From: an uncultured Thermoleophilia bacterium | GTDB lineage: Bacteria > Actinomycetota > Thermoleophilia > UBA2241 | Length of the DNA stretch: 64,000 nucleotides | Assembly: GCA_963695395.1 (NCBI GenBank) | Contig: CAVOGK010000026.1 | Coordinates: forward strand, 60,511 to 124,510 | Direction: 5' to 3' | In this document: in pieces, positions 33,486 to 41,547 of the stretch | Layout of the letters: every line of letters starts with the position of its first letter | How positions within the stretch are numbered: position 1 is the first letter of the stretch | Program-made: the position numbers and the translations under genes | Notes under the pieces: generated by a model | What the model was told of the DNA's origin: nothing | The model's database searches: none | What the model saw: only the letters and a program-made list of their open reading frames with translations

Positions 33486-35414
33486 TCAGGTCGGCGAACG
33501 CCCCCCTGTCTCCGCCGCCAGACGTCGGGCGACGGCTACCGCGTCGCCGGCGCTCGAGCCGTGGCCGTCCGCGCCGATGTCACGGGCGAAGCGCGCGGTG
33601 ACGGGAGCCCCGCCGACCATGACGCGTACGCCGTCGCGCTCACCCGACGCGACCAGCGCGTCGATCACGAGCCCCATCTGCGGCATGGTCGTGGTCAGCA
33701 GGGCGCTGAGGCCGAGAAGCGACGCGCGATGCTCTCGAAGCGCGCGCACGAACTCCTCGACCGGCACGTCCGTCCCGAGGTCGACCACGTCGAACCCCAC
33801 GCCACGCAGCATGATGGCCACGAGGTTCTTGCCGATGTCGTGAAGGTCGCCCCTCACAGTCCCAAGGACGACGGTGTCCGCCGCCCGCGAGACGCGTCCC
33901 TCGTTCATGAGCGCCTCGCCGAGCGCGTCGACCCCCGCCTGCATCGCGCGCGCCGCCAGCAGCATCTCCGGTATGAACGCCTCGCCCGCGGCGAAGCGCG
34001 CGCCGACGACGTCCATCGCGTGGATGAGGCCGTCGTCGAGGATCGCCTGCGCCGGCTGGCCGGCCGAGAGCAGCCGCCGACACCCGTCGTCGACGCTTGC
34101 CTCATCCCCGGCGAGGACGGCGGCGGCCAGCGAGGTGAACCCCTCGGCGACGGGAGCCGCCGGCTGCATCGGCGCGCGCCCACCCTCGACGAGGATGTCG
34201 GGCACCGCGCCCATCGCCAGCGGCAGTCTGCCGTCTGTCTGGAAGAACTCGTGCACGCGGCGCAGGCGGTCGAAGTCGGCCGTCGGCGGGACGGCATCGG
34301 TGATGCCGGCGATGAAGCGACGGCCCGGAGCTACGGCAGCTTTCACGTAGCGCAGGTAGTCGTCCAGGTCGGCGTCCGACGTCTGCTCGGGAATGAGATA
34401 GTCGGCCGGGATGCCGCCGATGATGCACAGATCGCCGGCCCAGCGCTCGTAGTACTCACGGAGGGTCAGGGCGGTCATCGGATACGGACAGACGGATTCC
34501 GCGGCATCGACGCCCGACGTCCTGATGAGCTCCATGAGGCCCCGGTTCTCGCCGTCGCAGTGCGTCAGGAGAGGGATGCCGCGAGGCCGCAGCACATCCG
34601 CGGCACGACGCAGCCAGGGGAGGATCTGCTCCTCGAAGAACGGCGGATACGTGATCGTCTCGTCGAAGTTGCCGCCCCAGGTCACGCCGTCGACGTCGGC
34701 GGACTCGTAGAACTCGAGAAACTGCTCGTAGAGCGGAGCGATCGCGGCGGCGAACTCCTCCAGTTCCGCCCGCCGGTCGTTGTAGAGCAGGTAGAAGTCG
34801 GTGCCGGGGAAGAAATGCTTCTGGATGTGGTGCATCGGCGAGGCCGGCTCCCCGGCCGCCGAGATCACGGCGCCGTCCTCGCCGATGCTCTGCCTGACCC
34901 GGCGATAGGTGTCCGGGTCCGGCACGAGACGCAGCGACCGGAACAGGTCGGCGACGACCCGCCAATCGTCGAACTCCTTGATGAAGGGCTGCGTGACCCA
35001 GGGGTAGGTGATCCCATTGCGGAGCATCTCGGGCGTGTGACTCAGGACGGCGCCCGCGTCGCCGGAGTCCGTCTCCGCCCGCACGTGGAGGCGATCGCCG
35101 TCGCGGCGCCACGAGAAGCCTACGTCGTCACCGAGGGTCAGCCGATAGCCACACTCCGGGGGCGTGTAGAGACCGAGAGCACTGAGGGCCATGCCCTCGT
35201 CCGACGACGCGAGGTAGGCGAAGGTGCTCGTCAGCAGGTAGACGCCCCACCCCTCGGCGCGACAGATCTCCTCGATCGAGGCATCCTCGAGTCCGGGCGG
35301 CAGGGTCCCCGCGGCCGCACGGCCGGTGTGCCAGAGGTCCAGCCGCGGTGCGTACGGGAGCCTGTCGGGCAGCTCACCTCGGAGGGCCGCCAGCGCCTGT
35401 GTCCTGAACCCCAT
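33486..35414 (-). CDS. Two-domain methyltransferase: N-terminal URO-D/MtaA-like domain fused to a C-terminal cobalamin-binding domain (CmuA-like architecture)
   Basis: URO-D-like N-terminal ~400 aa. C-terminal DLHDIGKNLVAIMLRGVGFDVVDLG...GLSAL B12-binding DxHxxG/SxL/GG signature. GGAAGGGAGGG SD before the ATG at 35414. Confidence 0.75.
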   Translation of the reverse strand: MGFRTQALAALRGELPDRLPYAPRLDLWHTGRAAAGTLPPGLEDASIEEICRAEGWGVYLLTSTFAYLASSDEGMALSALGLYTPPECGYRLTLGDDVGFSWRRDGDRLHVRAETDSGDAGAVLSHTPEMLRNGITYPWVTQPFIKEFDDWRVVADLFRSLRLVPDPDTYRRVRQSIGEDGAVISAAGEPASPMHHIQKHFFPGTDFYLLYNDRRAELEEFAAAIAPLYEQFLEFYESADVDGVTWGGNFDETITYPPFFEEQILPWLRRAADVLRPRGIPLLTHCDGENRGLMELIRTSGVDAAESVCPYPMTALTLREYYERWAGDLCIIGGIPADYLIPEQTSDADLDDYLRYVKAAVAPGRRFIAGITDAVPPTADFDRLRRVHEFFQTDGRLPLAMGAVPDILVEGGRAPMQPAAPVAEGFTSLAAAVLAGDEASVDDGCRRLLSAGQPAQAILDDGLIHAMDVVGARFAAGEAFIPEMLLAARAMQAGVDALGEALMNEGRVSRAADTVVLGTVRGDLHDIGKNLVAIMLRGVGFDVVDLGTDVPVEEFVRALREHRASLLGLSALLTTTMPQMGLVIDALVASGERDGVRVMVGGAPVTARFARDIGADGHGSSAGDAVAVARRLAAETGGRSPT

Positions 35415-35530
35415 GGACGACCCTCCCTTCCAGTTCGTCGCGCCAGCCAGCACACCTGATCGATCGCGGTCGCGATGCTACGGGGCCGCAGCAGCCCGGC
35501 GATGCCCCCAGTGTCGCGCCGCGGCGACCC

Positions 35531-35761
35531 TCAGACAGGGTAGGCCTCGTACTCCAGACCGGCTCTGACCATGGCCAAGTAGTTCTCCGCCGCGACGCCC
35601 GTGTGGATCGAGGCCGTGTTCACCGCCTCCCGGCCGAGGATCGCCCGGGCCGTGTCTCCGGGCAGCGCCTGCGTCGCCGCGAAGACGACGACCGAGACCA
35701 GCAGCAGGGTGAGGATCCCCAGGCCGATGCGGACGAGGATCAACTCCAGGAGCGGCGGCAA
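35531..35761 (-). pseudogene. In-frame chimeric remnant: 5' ~50 codons of an oppB paralog (TTG start, SD retained) joined to the last ~26 codons of a URO-D-like methyltransferase gene
   Basis: (M)PPLLELILVRIGLGILTLLLVSVVVFAATQALPGDTARAILG matches oppB1 (~85% nt identity). The tail SIHTGVAAENYLAMVRAGLEYEAYPV matches the C-terminus of the URO-D gene at 58099-59175. Confidence 0.55.
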
Positions 35762-35888
35762 GGTACGCGCTCACCTCCATGCAAGGACTGTCGCGGGAAC
35801 GATGCCGAGCCCGAAGCGACCGGCGCGGCGGCGGGCGCCAGGGGGAGTACGGGCGCCCGCCGCCAGGTACTTTGCGCCGGCAGGGACG

Positions 35889-37502
35889 TCACACGAAGGA
35901 GACGTCCTTGAAGCCGAAGTTGCCAAGCGGGACGCCGAGCTTCGAGGTCTTGAGACCCGAGACCCTATCGGACCCGGCATCGACCTGATTGCGGAACGCC
36001 CAGATGATGTAGCCGCCCTCGTTGAACTCGATCTCCTGCGCCTGACCGATGAGCTCGTTGCGCGCCGCATCGTCAACCGTGCCGAAGGCCTCCTTCACGA
36101 TGGCAAGCCACTTGTCGTTCTTCCAGTGCGTCTCGTTGTAGGGAGCCCCGGGCATGGTGGCCTGGCCGGCCTGACTGAGGTAGTTGCGTGTGTACCAGAA
36201 GTCCTGCGCAAAGGGCCAGCTCAGGTACTCGTCCCCGTAGAAGACGCCCGAGTCGGTCTTCTTGACCTTCACGGTGACGCCGGCCGCCTTGGCCTGTTCG
36301 GCGAAGACCTGCGCCGCCGCGACTTCGTCGGCTCCAAGAGCACCGGCGGACGTGACCAGTTCAACCGTGAGGTTGTTGTCGTAGCCCGCCGCCTTGAGCA
36401 GTGACTTGGCCTGCTCGATGTCCTGCATACGCTGGGGCAGGTCGGGAGTGCCCGGGTCGAACGGCGCGTACATGTCGTTACCCACGGCGCCGAAGCCACT
36501 GTAGGCCTGGTCGATCATCTGCTGGCGGTCGACGATCATGCGGAACGCCTGCCGGACGCGAACGTCGCTGTACGGCTTGACGTCGATGCGCATGGTGAAC
36601 GGACGCCATGCGCCCGTCTCGGCGTTGAGCAACAGGAGGCCGGCGGTCGCCTCGATCACCTTCGACTGGCTCGTCGGCAGGTTCGATATGGCCTCCACCT
36701 CGCCGCTCTGCAGAGCATTGACGCGCGCTGTGTCGTCGGCGAACTCGATGATCGTGAGCTCATCCACCCATGGGCTCCCGTCCCAGTACTCCGCGAACGG
36801 GGCGAAGGTGAACCGCTCACCAGGCTTGAACCCTGTGAGCTTGAACGGGCCGCAGCCGATGGGGTTCTTCGGATCGAAGTCGACCGGCACGAGCTGACTG
36901 CCACGGAATGCGAGCCCCTCCGTGAGCAGCACGTTCGGCGGGTCCATGCGGAACTCGACCGTGAGGTCATCGATCTTGACGGTGCCGCCAGGATTAAGGC
37001 CGGCGAGCGACGACACGGCCGTCTTCGGATCCTCGGGATCGACGATGCGCTCGAACGTGTACACGACGTCGTCGGCGGTGACGGGCTTGCCGTCGTGCCA
37101 GGTGAGGCCCGACTTCAGGCGGCACGTCCAGACGGAGCCGTCGTCGTTGGGTGTGATCTCCTCGGCCAGATGGTTGACCGCAATGGCGTCCGTGTCGAAC
37201 GCCGTGAGGCCGTCGTACATCTGGTATTGGATGGCGATGTCCGGTTCATAGGACGCCCGGTGCGGGTCGGCTGTGTCCTTCGCGGAGCCGCCCACGATGC
37301 CCACCCGGAGAGAACCGCCCTTGCTCGCGCCGGCTGTGGGAGACGCCGAGGCGTCGCCGTCAGTCTCGCTGCCGCCGCAGGCAGACACGATCGGCCCAAG
37401 AGCCGCCATGCCGCCGAGAACCGCCGCCCCCTTGAAGAGACTCCGGCGCGACACGCGCTTGTTGGAGACCTCCCAGATGAAACCCATCTCGTCGCTACTC
37501 AT
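35889..37502 (-). CDS. ABC transporter substrate-binding protein, family 5 (paralog of oppA1)
   Basis: MSSDEMGFIWEVSNKRVSRRSLFKGAAVLGGMAALGPIVSACGG signal. Homologous to oppA1 throughout. Confidence 0.8.
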   Translation of the reverse strand: MSSDEMGFIWEVSNKRVSRRSLFKGAAVLGGMAALGPIVSACGGSETDGDASASPTAGASKGGSLRVGIVGGSAKDTADPHRASYEPDIAIQYQMYDGLTAFDTDAIAVNHLAEEITPNDDGSVWTCRLKSGLTWHDGKPVTADDVVYTFERIVDPEDPKTAVSSLAGLNPGGTVKIDDLTVEFRMDPPNVLLTEGLAFRGSQLVPVDFDPKNPIGCGPFKLTGFKPGERFTFAPFAEYWDGSPWVDELTIIEFADDTARVNALQSGEVEAISNLPTSQSKVIEATAGLLLLNAETGAWRPFTMRIDVKPYSDVRVRQAFRMIVDRQQMIDQAYSGFGAVGNDMYAPFDPGTPDLPQRMQDIEQAKSLLKAAGYDNNLTVELVTSAGALGADEVAAAQVFAEQAKAAGVTVKVKKTDSGVFYGDEYLSWPFAQDFWYTRNYLSQAGQATMPGAPYNETHWKNDKWLAIVKEAFGTVDDAARNELIGQAQEIEFNEGGYIIWAFRNQVDAGSDRVSGLKTSKLGVPLGNFGFKDVSFV

Positions 37503-37928
37503 GGAACTCCCCCTTCTTGCCTGCCTGTATCGACCAACCCGACTTCGGCGGCGCTCGCCGCGGTCCGTCCCCAGAGCAGCCCCCTGGCTGCAGTTGAGGA
37601 AATCGGTAGACGTACGTCCCCCGTAGACCTCGGCGACAAACCGCTGCGCCACGTTGTCAACGACCATCCCTTATGGATTCTTCATATGTACCGCAGCATC
37701 TCCTGCAAGTCAACAGTGAATCCGAAGAGTATCTGGACATGATGCTTCTTTCTCGGCGTATCGCTCACCACCTCGCACGGCGGCAGGAGACTGTGCGGCT
37801 GCTCCTGGGTACTCCGAACTCCTCACACGCCCAGAACGCGCTCCGCACGACGGGTCGACCCCTCGCCCCTCCCCTCTCGCCGCTCATCGGCGCGATATGA
37901 TGCACTGAACCGCTCAGAGGGAGACCCC

Positions 37929-38399
37929 GTGGACGTTCTCGACCGCCGCATCCTGATCGAACTGCAACGGGACGGCAGCCTCACCAATGCCCGCCTCGCC
38001 GAGATCGTCGGCCTCAGCCAGTCGGCGATGAGCGAGCGCGTGCGCCGACTCGAGGGCGAGGGCCACATCACCGGCTACCGGGCGCTGGTCAGCCCGGCCA
38101 GCCTGGGCATCGGCCTGCAGGCGTTCGTAGCCGCCGAGCTGGTGCATCACGAGACCGCCTGCATCGAGGGCTTCGAGCGCGGCGTCGCCGCCCTGCCCGA
38201 CGTGCGCGCCTGCTACCACGTGGCCGGACGCTTCGACTACCTGCTGCACATCGCCGTGCAGGACCTCGAACACCTCGGCCGCCTGATCAAGGACGACATC
38301 GCCGCCATCCCCGGCGTCGACAAGGTGGAGACCATGCTCGTGTACTCCGAGGTCAAGGCGGACACGGGCTGGCCGACGCTTGAAGGCGACGGAGGCTGA
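37929..38399 (+). CDS. Lrp/AsnC-family transcriptional regulator (paralog of the 56468-56971 gene)
   Basis: GTG start. (M)DVLDRRILIELQRDGSLTNARLAEIVGLSQSAMSERVRRLE. ~88% nt identity to lrp3. Confidence 0.85.
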   Translation: MDVLDRRILIELQRDGSLTNARLAEIVGLSQSAMSERVRRLEGEGHITGYRALVSPASLGIGLQAFVAAELVHHETACIEGFERGVAALPDVRACYHVAGRFDYLLHIAVQDLEHLGRLIKDDIAAIPGVDKVETMLVYSEVKADTGWPTLEGDGG

Positions 38400-38521
38400 T
38401 CGGCGATGCGCTTGCGGCAGGTGGGGCAGCTAGATCCGGCGCCCCGCTCGCCAGCCCGTTCGGCGCGATACCCGAAGCCGCCGCCCCATGACCAGGCGCG
38501 CAAGCTGACACGCTGCACCGC

Positions 38522-39964
38522 TCATTGCTGCACGCCGCAGACCTCCGCGAGGGCGGCGAGCTGGTCAGATCCGAGCGCCGAGGCGCGGCCGTCGGCGGCG
38601 TCCGCCGCCCCAGTGGCGAGCACCTGATCCACGATCTCCCTGGCCACGTCCGTCTCGAGCACCCCCGCAGCCATCCACTGTTCGAAGGCCAGGCGACTGC
38701 CGATGACGGGGCTGAAGTGCTCGCCCGCCCGGGTACGCTCGCGCGTCACGCGCTCCTTGAGGTAGTTGCCGCCCGCGCCCAGGCGCGCGATGGCGTCGCT
38801 CATGACGCTCTCCACGCTGATATCGGCGCCCGCGACGATGTGCCGCACGAGCCGCGCGATGTCCGCGTCGATCGGCACCATCGGGAGGTGCCACACGCTC
38901 GACGAGGCCAGCGCCCCGAATCCCCCGCTGATGACATCCACCCCGGCGAGCGCCGCCGGCAGCACCTTGAGGCCCTTCTCGTACCCGGCCTGCACGCCGG
39001 GGTGCTTGGCGTCCGTCGAGAGGGCCGTGTTGTGGACGGGCAGACCGAGATGGTGTCCGATCTCGACCGAGGCGATGCCCATGATGGTGTTCTCCGGGCT
39101 GCCGAGGGACATCGACGAGGTGCGCATGTCGAGGACGCCGGGCCCGCAGCAGGCGAGCACCGCGGCCCCGGGGGCCGTGGCCTGGACGGCGGTGACCATG
39201 CCGAGGATCTCCGCCCACATCAACGCGAGCGTCCCCCCCACCGTGACCGGTGACGTGGCGCCGGCCATCGGCATGGTGTACGCCCAGACCGGCGCCCCCA
39301 TCGCTGCGTGCGCACAGGTCGCGTCGAGGAGCTCGCCGTTGACCTGCAGGGGAGCGCGGACGGCGCACAGGATAGCGATCCGCGGACGCCGCCTGAAGCC
39401 GTCCATGCCGTCCCCGAGGACGTCCATGATGCGCCGTACCGGCGCGACCTCGGTCGGGCAGTCGACGATCACGAATGGCTTCGAGGTCAGCGAGAGGTAT
39501 GCGTAGTACTCGGTCAGCTCGCGGCGTTCATCGGGCACGTCGTTCGCGGTCGCGAACGTCCACAGGAAGTCGATCTCGGGTGTCGCATCCATGACCGCGG
39601 TGCCCTCACGGATGTCCTGCAGCGTCGACTGCCGCACCTTGCCCGTGCGGAAATCCAACGTCTTGGCGTGGCAACCGGACGGATTGAAGAACGGTCCGGT
39701 GTGGCGGTCAAGGACCACGTCGCGTTCCGGCGTGGCTCCGGCCAACACGAGCCGGTCGGGCAACTGGGCGAGAGAGGCGCGCACGAGGTCCGGCGGCATG
39801 CGCACCATGCCGGACTCCCGGTCCACCGTCGCGCCGCGCTCCTCGAGAGCGTCGAGCGCGCGCGATCCCTTCATGCGCATGCCCTCCCGCTCGAGCACGC
39901 TGAGAGCGGACTCGACGACGAGGTCGCGCTCGGACGGGTCCAGGCACGTGAGACGAAGGTTCAT
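38522..39964 (-). CDS. MttB-superfamily corrinoid-dependent methyltransferase, non-pyrrolysine paralog 2
   Basis: Homologous to the 19219-20649 gene (LSLGSPENTIMGIASVEIGHHLGLPV, AGYEKGLKVLPAALAGVDVISGG). ATG at 39964 with AAAGGGG SD. Confidence 0.8.
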   Translation of the reverse strand: MNLRLTCLDPSERDLVVESALSVLEREGMRMKGSRALDALEERGATVDRESGMVRMPPDLVRASLAQLPDRLVLAGATPERDVVLDRHTGPFFNPSGCHAKTLDFRTGKVRQSTLQDIREGTAVMDATPEIDFLWTFATANDVPDERRELTEYYAYLSLTSKPFVIVDCPTEVAPVRRIMDVLGDGMDGFRRRPRIAILCAVRAPLQVNGELLDATCAHAAMGAPVWAYTMPMAGATSPVTVGGTLALMWAEILGMVTAVQATAPGAAVLACCGPGVLDMRTSSMSLGSPENTIMGIASVEIGHHLGLPVHNTALSTDAKHPGVQAGYEKGLKVLPAALAGVDVISGGFGALASSSVWHLPMVPIDADIARLVRHIVAGADISVESVMSDAIARLGAGGNYLKERVTRERTRAGEHFSPVIGSRLAFEQWMAAGVLETDVAREIVDQVLATGAADAADGRASALGSDQLAALAEVCGVQQ

Positions 39965-40084
39965 GCAACCCCTTTTCAGGACGCGCCGGCGGCGAGGGCC
40001 GTCGGCAGCGGTGTCCGTAGGTGACCTGCTCGTAGTCAAGCGCGAATGGTACACCCCTGACCGGCCTCGCGGATGCTGCGCGCT

Positions 40085-41485
40085 CTACTCCTCCGCGGGC
40101 GGCGTCAAGCTTTTGCGGACGTCCTTCGAGCGAACAAGGAGGTGCTGCGGGCCCGTGGGCGAGGGCGCAAAGCCGTACTTCTCAAAGAAGCCGCGCGCGG
40201 CGCCGTCACCAGCATCGACGAGGACTGCCCGGGAGAACATCGTGGAGGACGCCTGCAGGCAGCGAGACAACGCCTGCACGAGCATCGCCTCGCCGATGCC
40301 CCTGCCCTGCTCCGGGGTGTCGACCGCCATGCGCTCGAGCACGATCACCGGGATGTCCAGAGGACCCTGGCCGAGCTCGTGCTCGATCGTCGCGGGTGGG
40401 CTGACCGTCGCCGCCTTGAGTGCGAAGTAGCCGACCACTCGCGCATCCCGGGCGGCCACGCGGGTCGTGCCGGCCCGCTGGTCGATGAGCGCGCGCTGCG
40501 CGAGGTACTCGTCCAGGGCAGCGTCGCCACAGGTGAAGCCGGCGACATCGTCGGTCGCCCCGAGGGCCTCGAGCCGGAGCGACGCCCCGTCGCCCTCGAA
40601 TGGGCTCGCCGCCGCAGCCGCCTCGGCGAGCGCCGTGATCGGCTCCGACTTGCCCGACAACTGCTCGCCGAAGGCCGTCCAGGCCTCGTCGTCGAGCACG
40701 AACCGGGGCTGGTCGGGCAGCGGCTGGTCGGGCGGGCTGACGAAGCCTCCGCCGCCGTCCTGGCCGATGGGGCACGCCAGTTCGCAGGCACGGCAGTACT
40801 TGGTGACGTTGCTGGGCTCGTCGAGTGCCATGATCGCCCCGTCGAGCACCTCGAAGTCCACGTCGAGTTGATCCTGCTCCTGCTTGCAGAGTGTCCGCGC
40901 GTACGAGCCGCTACGGAACGCGGTCCGCGGGCAGACACGCTGACAGGGCTTGCTGCACGTCGCGCAGGGATCGAAGCCCACGAGCTGCGGGGTCGGTCCC
41001 AGTTCCGCTTCCATGAAGATGCCGCGAAGCCGTATGCGCGGGCCGTACTCGGGCGTGATCAGCAGGTTGTCCCGGCCGAACACACCCAGGCCGGCGAGGA
41101 CTGCGGCATCCTTGAGGAAGGCCCCGCCGTACTCGATCTGGTACGGCAGCGACAGGGCGCCCATGTCGAGTTCTTCATTCATCCACACGCGGAGCCGCCG
41201 GGACTGGGCGGCCAACTCGCGGTTGCCGGGGGTGAAGCCTTTGACCTTCAGGCTCCACCAGTCGAGAACGGGCTCCGACGCCGGGTGCGCCAGCCCCCAC
41301 ACCAGCATCGTCTTGAACTCGTCCTTCCATTCCACGCCCTTGTACTCGGGGTAGAAGGGGTTCTCGTCGTAGGTCGCGTATGACGGAGCGTCCTTGAGGT
41401 CCGCGATGCGTACGATGCCGACCAGCGAAGCACCCTCTTCCCTGGCCTTGTCCATGATTCTCTGCGTGAGCCCGTCGCTGCCCAT
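40085..41485 (-). CDS. Fusion protein: QueG-like (DUF1730 + double 4Fe-4S cluster) N-terminal region with a C-terminal GNAT acetyltransferase domain
   Basis: Cys clusters CATCSKPCQRVCP and CRACELACP. C-terminal GNAT pattern. ATG 41485 with AAAGGA SD. Confidence 0.5.
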   Translation of the reverse strand: MGSDGLTQRIMDKAREEGASLVGIVRIADLKDAPSYATYDENPFYPEYKGVEWKDEFKTMLVWGLAHPASEPVLDWWSLKVKGFTPGNRELAAQSRRLRVWMNEELDMGALSLPYQIEYGGAFLKDAAVLAGLGVFGRDNLLITPEYGPRIRLRGIFMEAELGPTPQLVGFDPCATCSKPCQRVCPRTAFRSGSYARTLCKQEQDQLDVDFEVLDGAIMALDEPSNVTKYCRACELACPIGQDGGGGFVSPPDQPLPDQPRFVLDDEAWTAFGEQLSGKSEPITALAEAAAAASPFEGDGASLRLEALGATDDVAGFTCGDAALDEYLAQRALIDQRAGTTRVAARDARVVGYFALKAATVSPPATIEHELGQGPLDIPVIVLERMAVDTPEQGRGIGEAMLVQALSRCLQASSTMFSRAVLVDAGDGAARGFFEKYGFAPSPTGPQHLLVRSKDVRKSLTPPAEE

Positions 41486-41547
41486 GTGTCTGGATCCTTT
41501 CCGCCGTGAGGTCGGGCCCGCGGCCCCTCCTCGCACGTCCGTGACTT

